Below are positions 21,601 to 36,600 of a stretch of 64,000 bases of DNA, piece by piece. The notes beneath the pieces were generated by a model, which made no database searches, had not been told where the DNA came from, and saw nothing but the letters and a program-made list of their open reading frames with translations. Source of the DNA: Botryllus schlosseri (taxonomy: Eukaryota); NCBI GenBank assembly GCA_051294905.1, contig CM119382.1:9300001-9364000 (forward strand), given 5' to 3'. Made by a program: the position numbers and the translations under genes. Positions within the stretch are counted from its first letter, which is position 1; each line of letters begins with the position of its first letter.

Positions 21601-24600
21601 AATGAAATCAGCAAAAGGTTAAGTTTTATGTGGATTGTGTGAAATATGAATCACACACTATGTGATACAGCATGTTGCATACAATACCTCTTCCATTCCA
21701 TATCTTCATCGGGTGTAATTTCCTTAATCTCCACAACATACCCGTGTATGCAAGACCCTCCATCATAACTAGGAGGTTTCCACGCTAAGCTAATGGTCGA
21801 TCTTGTTGTATCGACAACGCGGAACCGATCAGGCGTGCCTGAGAATGTTTTTGTGATAACAATACTGAAAAATTATTTGATGAAATCTTGTATCCACCTG
21901 GTTTGAACTGCGGTTCTTGAACTACAACGGGAGCCGTGGGTTCGCTGTACGGTCCGGCGCCGGCAACGTTTTCAGCACATACTCTGAATCGCAACACCGC
22001 TGAATGCCGCAGATTAGTAATCTTCATTCTTGGTTCTGTGATCTCCTCATTTCTACCACATCTGTATGGGCACAGAAAATATAACACGGATGATATTTCA
22101 TGTTTCAGGATAATGAATAACAAGCTGCCTGCTTCTGACGTTATTCAAATGTAACGTGGACAATGGGCATACAGTACATTGATGAGCCCTATTTACATGA
22201 TAAACGTAGTTATTAAACACAAAGCCAACTAAATTGCATGTTACTCACAAACAATCCCACAGTATGAATCACAATGACACAGATACAAAAAACCGGATAC
22301 TCCAATTTCCCAACCCAATCTCAATTCATATTAAATCGACATAGGAGACATATGAATATACCTGGTCCAAGTATGACCCTCAATTTGCCTCCTTTCCACA
22401 ACATAATTAGTAATCGGAGATCCACCATCGTCGACAGGTCTATCCCACATGAGAGTGACGGAATCTTTACTGGTTGTGACGATCTCAGGCACATCCGGTG
22501 CATCAGGAGGACCTATGGTGATTTGAAAATAGTATCACCTACTCTACTTAGATGTGAACCAGATCAGGCAATACCAAATTGGTTTTTGACTACACAGCAC
22601 TCAGACAAAAGCGGCGGGCTAGCACCATATTTGTTAACAGCCGACACTCTGAAGATGTATTCTGCGCCTTCTATAAGATTCTTGACGAGGCATCGGTTGG
22701 AAATGTGTTTGTCATCAACAGTAATCCAACTGAAAAGAAGTTCATAGTCATCTATGAAGTGGTAAAGAACAGTTTTTGATTTAGTATATGCATATTAGAG
22801 AATAGAGTTATTGAACATGAATGAAACTTCTTACGTTATTCTGGATATATCTTTCTTTTCAATGACATAATGTGATATCTCAGCTCCACCATTTTCCTCT
22901 GGTACACTCCAAGATATGCAACATTGGTTGCTTGATATATCAGAAATAACCATAGGACCCGACGGCGCCGATGGTACATCTGACAGATAAAAAGATACAT
23001 GTAGAGCGCAACATTTCATTTGGTATATTACAAAGCAGTCGTACCAAGTATCTTGACGTTGACCGTGACCTTTTTTGTGCCCGATTTATTCATGACACAC
23101 AAGGAATATCTCGCTGAATCTTCTCGATGACAGTCTTTGATTGAAAGTACGGTACTGGCAGATGTGCCAACTATTTTCACCCTATCTGTATTTTCCAATT
23201 CCTTTTCACCTTTGTACCAATGAACCTGCATATTAAAACATAAACGTCTTAAAATGATCTTCATAAAATCAGCCATTTGTGTAGTGAGAAAAAATACGCT
23301 AAGCACAGAAGGCGTAAGTAGCAAACTCATATACAGTACCCGTCACATGAATTAAATACTTACATGGGGTTCGGGTTTTCCATAAATTAATGCTTCCAAT
23401 TGCAGCACATTACCCGCACGTATCCACAACACATCAGCCATGAGTCTACTGTCAAGGTCGATCATAGGTGGAACTAAATTGATCAGTAATATAACACATC
23501 GATCAGCACACATCAAACGCAGTACAACATTACCGTTATCTGGTTGGCATTGAATCGGACCAAGTACTTCCGACGGTAAACCTATCGTCCCAATAGCATT
23601 TTTAGCGGTGACTCTAAATTCATATTGGTCACTAGGTGCCAATCCACCCACAGTAAACAAGCATTCGTCGACTGCGGAGAAGTTGCATTTGAGCCAACGA
23701 CCATCCGGTACATGGCGACGTTCGACATTGTATCTTTCATATCAAAGATAATTTGAAATACCCTGTTTTCGAATCTAAAATATCATATACGAACCCAACA
23801 ATTTTACATCCTCCATCTGCGCTAGGTGGCTTCCATTTCAAACAGATCGACTGCGATGACATGTTCACTATTTCAGGAGTGCCAGGCATCCCGACAATGC
23901 TGACGGCCTTCACATATTCACTCTCGTCACTTGGTTTACCGATGCCGGCTGCGTTTTCAGCGATAACTCGGAACTTGTAAGAAAGCCCTTCTTGCAGACC
24001 TTTAGGAAAACACAATGTCCGTGGTAACATTGAAAAATATTATCCCATATTTGTCAATACCGTCAACAGTAGCACTTTTGCAAGAGATTTTATCTTCAAA
24101 TACACGTTGCCATATCACTGAATGTTCTTCCTTCTTTTCAATATGGAAGCCAATCACGGGGCTTCCGCCATCTTGGGCAGGGTCTTCCCAAGACAGAGCC
24201 ACCGTGTTACAGGTGGCACCCATTATGCGGGGGACTCCGGGCTGCTTGGGTGTGGCTAAATTAGAACACGTCACTTTGAATTATGTTATATATGTGGAAC
24301 TGACGCCTGGGCTATACAGTTCTGTGAACATTACTTGATACAAAAGTCGAAAGCAAGGTTATCATTACAATGGACATTGCGTCAAGGTAAAAACGGAAAT
24401 AAACTTACTAAATTGTGCATCTGCTCTGCAAATCTCAGATAGCAGTGGTTCTCCAAGTCCAAAACGATTTTCGGCCAGCACTTTGAATTGATATTGAGTG
24501 TAGCGAGCAAGATTTTTCACCTGTCACCAACAAACATTGAAGAAATAAAGACATTATTCAATGTAAACGGAAGGGTGGTAATGACTCGACTCGAGTCACG

Positions 24601-27600
24601 ATTTTTTGGTGACTCGACTCGAGTCATTTTTTCAATTGCATGACTCGAACCAAGTCCTATGAGTTGAGGTTAGGACGGCCAAGACAGACATTTCATTGTA
24701 TCACCGAAGATTTGTAAAGTCACCACATTACTGGTATTTCGTCTATCAGTCCTGATACTTGGAAAATAGGGCCAGAAATTTTTGGCAGTACCTCCACTTG
24801 AGTAACAAAGATGACCATTTTGACCATCTCCGATTTACCTTGATAGAAGTTTTAGTGGTACATGTCGTGTAGTTAGACCAAGTGGCACGTCCAAACTCTC
24901 TGAAGTCCACGCTGTAATTGGTGACGTCACTTCCCCCGTCTTCAGAAGGAGGTCCCCACGACAGTGTGATTGATTCTGAGTTTACGTCAGAAAACAGTAT
25001 AGGTCCGGTCGGGGGTCCTGGTTTATCTAGAAGACATTACAAAGATATCACCGTCGAATTCCAGTAATGGGTCAACAAAATTCATAAACACATACCAAGC
25101 ACAGATAAGAGTATTTTTGCGTCACACCCTCCATGCTCATTTGATAAATGAATAGTGTACACCCCACTGTCGGCTTTCTGCGCATTTCTTATGAGCAAGT
25201 GTACAATCTCTTGGTCGGATGTCACACAGTATTTTTCACAACCTAAAATTGATAGTTTGTTATATTTTCCATGATATATCAGCACGTAGAGACAGTAAAG
25301 CACATTACCTTTCAGAATAGCGCCGTTGAATGACCAGACAGCAGTTGGCAAGGGGATGCCACATATTGGTATTCGAATGCTTGTGTTTGATCCAGCGCGG
25401 CATGATACAACATTATCATATATTGAGGACAAATCCAAACTTGGTAAAACTGATCATAAAACATGGAGCATTTTGTCACAAAACTAATGATATATATAAG
25501 ATTGGTATTGTTACCTATTTTGTCTTTGGTAATCACTGTCGAAAATGCATATCTCGGCTCGCTAAGCCCAGCCTTGTTACGTGCTTTCACCCTTAATTCA
25601 TACTCAGTCATAGGCTTAAGCTTTGTTATTTCGTAACAAAGACAGTTAGGCTTCGTGGTAGCGCATTCAAAGAACTTATCCGATCCTTTTTCCGCAATCT
25701 CCAACACATAACCGGTGACTCGAGACCCACCATCGTGTGACGGTTTTGCCCAATTGACGGCTATCGATGTCTTGGTTACATCACAAATATTCAACATCAA
25801 AGGAGGAGATGGTATCTCCATTACTGTGATATCATCGGATAGTTGCTTTGGCACGCCTACGCCGTATTCATTCTCCGGAGTGACTCGGAAAGAATAAGTT
25901 GATCCTTGAAACGAATAGAAGTCATTCATCATTTGCACATATATAATTACAGAAACGTTTGCATGAAAAGTAAACTGTAAGGCACACACCTTCTTGCAGT
26001 CTTTCGACTTTGTAAGTAGTACCAGCACAGTTGGTTGTCACAGTTTGCCAGCTACGTCGCGATGCTTCTTTCTTTTCGACAACATAACTTCTGACGTGTG
26101 AACCGCCGTCGTTTAGTGGAGTTTTCCAAGCCAAAACAACGTAATCTCGATTTACTTCTTGACAAATAAGGTCTTGAACGGGACCGGGAGAATCTGGAAT
26201 AGGTTTTTGTTTTGTTTTCAAACTGTGCTACATGGTGAAAATGGTATTTGCTTGACAAGGAAAGAAGATATGAAGCTACTACTTAAACCCTCGACCTACT
26301 GATTGAGAACCCGAGAGCTATATCTCGTATAATGTACACTAGGGTTGTTCAAAATAACCTTTTTTTTCTGGATTCTGGGGATTTACTGATTTAATTGTTG
26401 CCTAAATAAAAACGCTGCACACTAAATATGGCTCGACTCCAACTGGTAGATGTGAACGCACAGCAATTTATTATGAAAAAACTTTAAAAAAAACTTTAAA
26501 ATTTTATTGCCAACCCATGAAATTGTTAAGTTGTATAAAAGCACGATGCTTACCAATTTTTGCTCACTTCCAACTGGTATGAGCGAAGTAATTACAGTTG
26601 AAAATTTTTTGTTCAGTTTTTTTTTGATAATAAAATAAAAATTTTCAAACTCTTGTGCTCAATTTGTTGTGCAGAGTTTTTTTTAGGCGACCTAACAATT
26701 TAATCAGTGAATCCTCAGAATCGGAAACAAATTTATTTTTGAACAACCCTAATGTACACAGACGAGATCATGAATGAATCGTTTCACAACAAAATTCATG
26801 CAACTATGAAAAAAACATGCTGTCAGTGTTGACAATATGATAATCTGCACTTATTATGGGTGGTATACCTTACTAAATAAAGTATGCAAGAGACATTCAA
26901 GAGATTGATTGCTATCGCTATATCAAAACAGCTTGATTCGCTGGTGTCTCTAAATAAAATGTACAGGTGTCTTAAAATCGCCTTCAGCAAATATCATCTA
27001 AGAATGAACGGAGCAGAACTCTTACCTAGCACTTTCACATTCAGTCCGATCGATCTCTCGCCAACGCTATTCTCAAGAGACACATAATATTTCCCACTGT
27101 CTTCCCGAGTGGCATGGTTCACCAAAAGCACCGTCTCGTACGTCGAAGTGTGAATTTCCGCCCGTTCGAAGAGAGAATCAACCCCCTCTTTCCGCCAGAG
27201 TACTTTCGGCCGGGGCCGCCCGTGATAACCCACAGCCAGTCTCAAAGGAGCTCCGGCCCGGGCCACGTACGTGCATTTAAAATCAGCGTCCACATTGAAA
27301 TCAGGTGTTTCAAGTCTGTCGCACGCCACAAGCTGGAATTCCGTGTCAATAATTGTTATAGTCATATATGATTATCATCATATTCTTCAAATCCGGGGAG
27401 CAAAGTGGCCCCCTAACGAAAATTATTAGATTGAAGTAAAATTTTAAAATCTCAGTACTTGAATAAAATTGCTATTCTCACGCAATGCAAGATGATGATG
27501 GACTATATAATTGCGGTACATGAAGAATTGGAAATGGTTTTAGAGGTAGAGTTAATTAAAAATAAAGAATCGAAATGACAGAAGTTGCGCAATGATTTTC

Positions 27601-30600
27601 ATGTCTATGTGTAAATTAGTCCATTGGCTCATTCAAGGTTTTCAAAAGAATATACAGGATTTCTAATAAATTGATTTTTTGGACCATGTCGAATCGAAAA
27701 TTTCCCGAAACCTTCAGTATATGCTTCACTTGTTCTTTGTTTATTATTACAGTCATCATATATATACTATTATAATTTTAACTGACATCAGTAAAATTCA
27801 ATCTGTCAAAAACATACTTTCCCGCTTGCATCGGTGGGTTCGCTGACCCCGGCGACATTCACAGCGCACACTCGAACGCGATACTCTCCGCCCGGAGTTA
27901 AATTCGGAATTATGTAGTCGCAGCCTTGCACCAGTTCTTCGTTGGCCCGGATCCAATTGTCAGAACTCTCAGATTGGTCGTCGTCCCCCTCTTCACTTGG
28001 CATATCTGAGATACGAAATTGAAGGAACTTATTTTATCATGTATACAACTATCGTAAAGACCATTGGTTCGCAGCCTATACACCGTGCATGACCGACTAT
28101 CCTTCAGCATATATATTACAAAAATATGTAGAATTACCGTGATGATCCACGGCCATTGTTTCGATCACGTATCCAACGATAGGACTACCGCCGTCAAATA
28201 TTGGGGGTGACCACACCAAAGCGATTGTTGTATTTGTTGAATCAGTGGCTCTCACAATCCCGGGTGAGTCGGGTTCGCCTGCAATAAGGAAACAAGGTTA
28301 GGAAAGTGGAAGCCAAACATTTCAGTATAGAGTAAATGAAGAAATTCAGAGAAAAGATAGAAATTTTCTGTTCTTACATACATACACACACATCTCTTCC
28401 AGCGAACTAGAGTTATGGTGGAAGAAATTGGATATACCTAGCTGCGCTTAGTCTATTGAACTGTGTAAGTAAACATAGTGGAAGTTGCCCGTAGTACTGT
28501 TGATTACATACCTAAAAGGTTTATGCAACTTCTATAGTACTTGCAATACTCACAAACCGGCTCCCTGCATATGATATACGGCGAAGCTTCGCTCGGCTGA
28601 CTCAATCCGGCTGCATTTTCCGCATACACCCGAAATTCGTACTTGTTATTATGCACAAGATCAGTCACGGTAAATGTCAGATCCAATGTAGCGTCTCTCG
28701 TCACTTTAACCCATCTTGAACTTTTCCGTTCTTTTCTCTCGATATGATAACCGGTAATGGGGCTACCGCCGTCATTACCCGGTGGCATGTACGATATTGT
28801 GATGCTGTCTTCGTCAGCCGTGACACAAACTGGCTGTTCGGGAGCATCCGGGATTTTATAAGACACCTTGATGGCGACAGGACTTGACACCAGCCCAGGT
28901 CCGACTCCAAATTCATTTTGCGCAGATATGCGGAATTGATATTCCCGGTTTTTAATCAATCTCGAAACAGTGTAGGATTCAACGGTACAATTGGCCGACA
29001 CCTTTACAAAAGGACAAAAAACATGAAAATTTTTATTCTAAACCCTTCACTTTGATTACTTACAAATGACCAGCTCAATCGAGACGTTTCCCTTTTCTCG
29101 ATGACATAATTTTCTATCGAAACGCCCCCCGTATCTGAGCACGGACTCCACGCTAGCGCCACTGAATCATTCAATACGTTGCTGAAAGTGATCGGTCCTT
29201 CCGGAGCATAAGGTTTATCCAAAACTTCGACGATGCATTCCATGCTGGTAGCCGAGCAAGGATTGCGGGCGTATACTTCATAGCAGCCTCTGTCGACGCG
29301 AATTACGTCTTTGATAGCGAGCGTCGTTCCTTTGTCATCGACATGAATGGAAACCTGGTAACAATGATAATATATTCTAATTCGTTCTCAAAGTGGGCAA
29401 TATTTCCCCCTGCGTTACAATTTGGAGACATAGAGGATGAAAATGTTGCAACATTCAGTGAATTAACCGTTTGGTTTCTTGCTGATTTTAAATATAATCG
29501 ATGGATGTTGTTGGAAAAGCAGCTCAATACTTCATCCCAGCTCGAGAGAGGTGAATAAGATCAAATCGGATATATTTGCTTCAATTGAACTCGTGGATGA
29601 ATTCTCTCAACATTGTAGCAATGCATCATTGAAGTGCATCCATAACTACTTTACTTGGCAATGTTAGTTATGCAAAAATTAGTATTTCAGCATCAAGAAC
29701 TGATAAAGCAGGAGTGGTATACGAACAAAACTATTTGAGTAAGTGAAACAAGTAGAATAAATTTACTTCAGCACTACAGGAAAGTGCAAGTGCTTTGTTA
29801 GTAATGACCTCTGGGTTTTATGGGGCGATGAAGATTCATAACGGAGCAGTATAAAATAGTTTGGAAGTTCTGTTCTAATTGAACACAGGTTTACACACAA
29901 CAAAGGCACATGGGATAAATAGGCGACCCTAGACCAGTGCTGTGTATTCAGGTTTATTCACTGAATAATATTAAGTCGCCCACTATCACAAAAAACTCCA
30001 AACCTGTGAATTCGGAGTAAGTTCCTTCCCGTCACGAAGCCACTTAATTTTCGGGCTGGGCTTGCCAGTGACGGCAGCCTTCAACTTCAGATTTGCACCC
30101 GACCTAATCGTCACCCCATCCAATATTGATGCATCCAATAAGATAGAAGGAGGTTCTATCAAAAGCAATATTACCAAGATTAAGAAAAATCAATGATAAA
30201 AAAAACACAGGCGACGTACTGAAATCGTCTCGACATACGACCTTCGAACTTGGTTTTGACGGTCTGCTCAGTGTTCCAGTGGTATTGACCGCTATCACTC
30301 TGAACTCATATGTGTCACCAGTATTTAGGTCAGTTATCAGGGCGTCGCAATCTGGTATCAGTTTGTAATTGCATTTTAACCACCGAGCTGTTAAACCTAG
30401 ATAGATTCAAATTTTAGAAAATCGTTTGTATTACTGCATTCATAATATACTACCACATCTTTTCTCGACAGTATATCCTTCGATTTCCGAGCCCCCGTCC
30501 GACGTAGGCGGTGTCCAAGACAATTTGACGGAGTCGCGTGTCGAATCGAGACACGTGGGACAGCCCGGGGCACTGACAGGGTTATGGGCCCGTACAAAAT

Positions 30601-33600
30601 CACTGGCCTCGCTAGGTTTGCTGAATCCGGCTTTGTTAACGGCGAATATTCTATACTGATACTCCAGGCCCTGAAAGCAAGAAAAAAGTATTAGAAAGAG
30701 TCTTTATTTTAATCCTAAAAATAGATAGATGATACAGTAGAGCAACTTATACACAGTATTTGATATCTATCTTGGAGGTAAAAAAGTCTAATCATATCCG
30801 CATCAAATAAGTAAACTACACACATGAATCTGCCGTAAAAATGATATCTAAAATGAAATAATAGTAGCAAACATATAAAATTAGACACAATGTCATGGCT
30901 GAGTAGGGTAACAGTGTTAGTATCAGGATAAGAGGTTATCAAATAAGTCTATATTAAATGTATTCTATGCTGTGGTAGTGAATTTGAAATGCTTGGTCTT
31001 TAGTAGTCAACCGATCTCTTGGCCAAGTTACTATTAAGCCTGGAATAGACGATCCGTACGAAGCGCATGCGTTTAGTGGGATTGGTGAGATAGTGAGATT
31101 ACGTCATCGCAAGGGTAGTAAACAACATGCGCTCAGCCGTGACTTTCACGTATCGGTGATCATCACCTGCACAGTTGGGATTGTTGGGAATATTCACAAA
31201 TGTTTATTGAGCCTGACAATATTGTCGCTTTGGTGTTTGAGCTTGAGGGTTCATTCGTTTAGAGAAGTATGCCCCGTTTCAAAAAAATGGGTAAAATCTC
31301 AAGCCTTAGTAATAAAAATGTTGATATTTTAGGTGTTCTGGCTGCTTTTATGTCTTCCTACGTTGGATTCTGAATATCGATGTGTACAATGCCGAGTATG
31401 CAAAGACTCCGCATACTTAACATATCTCCAAGTCCATATCACAGAACAATATCAAGCCAACTTGTATTCCGGGCTACCTTGTTATAGTAGTCTGAATTGG
31501 TGTGCTTGTACGTACAGTTCTATACACAGCGGCAATTATATTCTCGTCTTCTATATATTCATTTTGTTTTACAACTGAAAATAGCATAAAATCGCATGGT
31601 TAATCACTGCAACTTCAGAAAGTGCGATGTCCGATCACTACAGGCCTGCCAACGCAGCTGAGCGGATGGAAAATACGCGTGAAAGGGAACGCGTGCGCGT
31701 TCTCACACTTTTGCTCTTTCTGCTCCTCATTTTTCCTCGTCCCTCTTCTCTCTCGCACGCATCCGTTTGAGAAGAGAAATAAGGAGAGAAAGAGACGGAC
31801 GCGTTTACGGATCGTCTATTCCAGGCTTAAGATGGGGCAGTAGATCACACAGTAGAGTTCAACTTATTTGAAAATTATATATAATTCAAAATCTTACCTC
31901 TGTGAGATCACTGGCAGTTATTTCTCGCTTTTCGACCGTAGTCTGTGTAATGCGTGTCCACAAAACGGCGTGCTTTTCCTTACGGTCGACGTGGTACCCA
32001 ATAATTTTCGAACCCCCGTCAGTGTTGCAAGCGCCCCATATCACATTCATTGTGTGTGCCGTGCTCTTGATGACTTCCGGTTGCGGGGGTAGGCTCGGGA
32101 CCCTTGCGTGAAGACAAAAGGTTTGAAATATAGCCAATAATGAAGTTGGTAAAATACTTTGAATAGTCTATTAAAATCTTGAATTCATCTTAATTCAGAA
32201 AGTTCTCAGATCATTTCTCTAGATCTGAACTCATAAAACCGTTCCATCATTGGTAATAGGGTTGCAATTTATATCATTTTTCTGTTTTCGAGTTTAATAC
32301 GTTTACAATTTGCCTACCCAGTCTAATTTGTCAGCAAAGAGATTTCGTTTATCCTATGAAATTGCTCCACAATATGTACTATTTGCGTATACATTACATC
32401 TATTGTATTCGTGAGTGCACAATTTAATATGATATCATAATCTGTGATTGCTAGTTTTGTTAAAAAAGATGCAATTGAAATTACATTTATTATAGGAGTT
32501 GGTAACCCTTGAAAAGTGTCGGATTGAAAAGTTGTGGGTGAATAAGTCCAATACAGTATATTATAAATGTCCTCATTCCTAAGCCTTTCCTAGTAGTAAT
32601 GTTTAGTTGATTAGGAACACATCATCACAGCAACCTGGATTGAGGCAATCAAGTCCACACTTAATCAATACTCATACCTGAATGGATATCTTGACACGAC
32701 TCTATCAGACAACACAAATTCTCCGAGACCATATTTGTTTTCCGCCGCGACCCGGAACACATATTCACATCGCGGTGCCAGCCTGGTCACATTCAAGCTC
32801 TCTCCTACGCAATTGGCCGTGACCGCGACCCACGAATCTGCACCAGTCTCTCTTTTTTCCACGACGTAGTTTGTGATGTCACAACCTCCGGTGTCTTCGG
32901 GTGAGGACCATTTTAGGAGGACGCTGTCTGCTGTGATATCGCCGAATTCGATAACGCCTTTGATCTTCTTGGGGACTCCTGCATTTGAAAAGTATAAGGT
33001 GAATGATATTTGTTGATTCTGAGATAATATTTTGAAGTTTCTCAATTTTACGTTTTATATTCGTATTTTCTTGAAATAAATCCCGAAATTGTAAAGATAA
33101 TAGCCCACTTTTCAGGCCTTTTGAAACCAGAATGAACATGAATAGCGAGTGAATAACTTACCATAGACATTCACAGTCATGCTGACTTCCTTACGACCCG
33201 CGGAATTCTCCATGGTGAAAAAATATTGCCCGGAGTCGGACCTTGCGAGATTGCACAACTGCAGATATGCAACATTCTTCGCTCTTTCGATCATGACATG
33301 TTCCGTAACTGGGATAAAAAACGTGCGATATGACATCGTAAAAGATGCGCAAAGCCAAATGTTTGTGGCCATTTGTTGGAACAGATGTAGCGTGGCCCAA
33401 ATCTATGAACTTAGTTGTAATCAATGGATGTTTTATGAAATAACACACATATCGCTTGATAAAGACCTGGTATTTAACCCAAAACACCGAATGAGGAAAA
33501 ATTGAGAGAGTATTGAGAGATTATGGCTTGAACAAGAATCTCTGATCTAGTATTAGTTAAGGCATAATTGCTACTATCAATGCTTCAATTCATAAAACAC

Positions 33601-36600
33601 ACACCTTTGAGAGGAATTCTGTTTTTGCTCCAAGACACAACAGGGCTCGGTTTACCGTAAAACGGAATTTCAAACTTGACACCGCACCCCTCCCTTGTGT
33701 CGATAACGTCTTTGACGAGGCTCAAATCAGCCTCCGGCGGTATCGTGATTTCTCTGATTCCGATTGGCCCGATAATTTCCGCATCACCGATCCCAGCCTC
33801 ATTTTCAGCCGTCACATGAAACTCGTATCTTACGCCGCTTTTTAATTTGTTGATCGCGGCTTTGGTTTTCTTGCCGTTTGAAATATCCGTCCATTTGTCA
33901 GAGTCTTTTATGGTGTATTTAATGATGTAATTACTGACTGGAGATCCACCATCGTCTTCAGGTTTTAGCCACCCCAATATTACCGACGAGTTTGTCATGT
34001 CGAGTATTCTCAAATCTGAGACCACGCCAGGAACAACTGAAAATATGCAATAATGTAGAGATGTTTCGTACGTTACACAATTGCGATATTGCGTACCTGC
34101 TGCCACTACTGGTTTTGATAATGTAGGCAGTCCCAGTCCTTGGGCGTTTTCGGCCATTACACGAAATACATAGGTGGCGCCGGTTTTCAAGTTACAGGCC
34201 TGTTGCATCAGAATGACATGACAATGAAAATGCCAATGTGCCATTTAAATAACCGAACAATGCATTATCAACATTGTGAGATTATAATTTGATATTGAAA
34301 AGGAAAACTATAGTATTTAAAAAAATCTCTCCGCCCTGGTTAATCGAAATTTCATGCCGGTAACATCATATTTGGTGATATATTTGTTGATATACAATGC
34401 TGTTTTCAATTCTTTACTAGTTGCTAACGATTACCAGATTACAAAAATATTTGGCTTTATTTCAGTATGAATATATTACTTTATTGTCTTCATTTAACAA
34501 GATAAGGAAATAATATATATTGAGAGCTTATTGAGAGGTTGCAGACCAAAGAAGTATATGGTAATATATACTTTGCTATTATTCCGATGTTCTAAGACTA
34601 ATAGCTTGCTAGATGATACTTGGCAGATTTATATCGCTTTCACAAATTCCAAGGCATATACATGTATCTTCTCATTGCTTGGCATTTGCAGAATACTTGG
34701 GACTTACTTTAAACGCAGTTTTTCTGCAGTCGCAAATTAACGGAGTCCAAGATCTCTGAGAAGTTTCCTTCCGTTCAACGGTATAACTCTCAATCTCCGA
34801 ACCTCCGTTATTTAAAGGCGCAGTCCAAGTCAACGCAACAAAATCACGTTTGCGATCTTTTACAATCACACTTTCAGGTCGATCGGGCGTGTCTGCAATA
34901 TCGCTTTGATTCAATCAAACAAAATAATCAGAAACACACGTGAAACATTACCGAGTATTTTCACGTTCACAAAAGTATCCACGGAACCGCAAGCATTTCT
35001 CAAACTGAGAAAGTATTTCCCGGTATCGTCACGGCTACAATCTTGGATCAGAAGAGTGGTTTTTGCATTCTCATTAACAACTTTGCATCTGTGTTCTGCC
35101 AGTCCCATACCCTCACCTATACCAGCAATTTGTAAGTTGGTTGATCGAACCTTATTAATAAATATGAAAGAAATATTTTCACCTCTCGACCACGATATGT
35201 TGGGAAACGGGCTTCCTTTGATTCCGACCGTCAATTTCACTTGACTACCGGCTTTAACAGTTAGAAATTTCCTCACAGCTGGGTCTATTTCATAGTCTGG
35301 CATTTCGAGACGGGCCTCTGGTTTCACAGCCTCTAAAATTTATTGTAACAAATGTTAATGTTTATTGTAACTAGAACTGCATCGTCGGTGTCACTAACCT
35401 TCTAATGTAACCGGGTCTGATATTCCACTCTTGGTAATAGCGGAGACTCGGAACACGTAAAAATTCTGATCCACAAGGTTTTTGAGCTCAATAGTGGTTT
35501 TAATTGTGTTGCTAACTAATGTCGTCCATGAATCTTCTTCCGTTTCTTGGGAACTTTCGTACTTGTCATTCGCATCAACAATTTTAGATTCTATCATATA
35601 TCCAATGATAGGGCTTCCACCGTCCCATTCCGGCTTCGTCCATGTCAGCGTTATTGAGCCCTTGGTCGTATCTTTTACACGGATATTTTCTGGTTCATCA
35701 GGCGGTTCTAATGAAGACATGAATGTTAATTTACTATCATTTTGGATATACTGAGATCTATGCCTAGCAAGTTTAGATGCGGCATTGTGTCATTATAATT
35801 CATGGAAACTTCAGTTAATTAAATGGTTATTCCAAATTTAGTCTAGCTCGTAATTATGAAGCCAATTAGGCACAATCAATGCCGTCATATTCTTACTGCT
35901 ATGTGGACAAGATCATCACAGATTGACAGAATAATGTGTTAGCTTTGAGTTAAGATAATTTTTGACGATACTCAATTCTATTCATAACATGATATCGGTA
36001 AAATAGAATGTTATGGCGTGATTATAAGGTAGATTGCTTACAACAATGAAACATGTCTCAGATATCTGCAAGTATTCCATGATGGGGCACATTAAAAAAT
36101 TACAATATGTTCAGCCATTACATTCTTACCGATTGGTCTTGTCATCATGACAGGGACGTTACTGCAGACACAAGGACCGATTCCTGCTTTATTTTGGGCA
36201 GCGACTCTAAATTCATACTCTTTGCCAGTGATGAGACCGACTGCGTGGAACCTGAATAATATAATTTAAATAAATCACGACTTTATTCAGAGTTAGAAAT
36301 ATAAAAATACAAATCCTTATCTCAAGGAAAATTTTGGCCATTGATGAACACATGACCTGAATTGAGCTTATTCCAAATACAAATTTTTGCAGTCAACTTA
36401 TAGTAACACGTAAGGAATCCAAGATTACAAATCAGATCTATATTTGGAGTCAAGATTCAACAGGATTCAGTATCCAAGATTTTACATCACAAAGCAGTAC
36501 TGAGGCAGACAATAAAGATATCCAAACACAATTTCATGTATTTAAATTCAAGCGAAGTTGATAGTTTACCCACAAAATTAAAAATCTACTGGACTTGACC

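Noticed and set aside
23474-35182. Four short introns that are multiples of 3 and stop-free (35117-35182, 34037-34096, 25243-25308, 23474-23533), suggesting regulated retention
   Set aside because: With dozens of 53-70-nt introns a handful like this is expected by chance, and retention would insert hydrophobic junk into folded domains or tight linkers. They explain why some listed ORFs read through introns.
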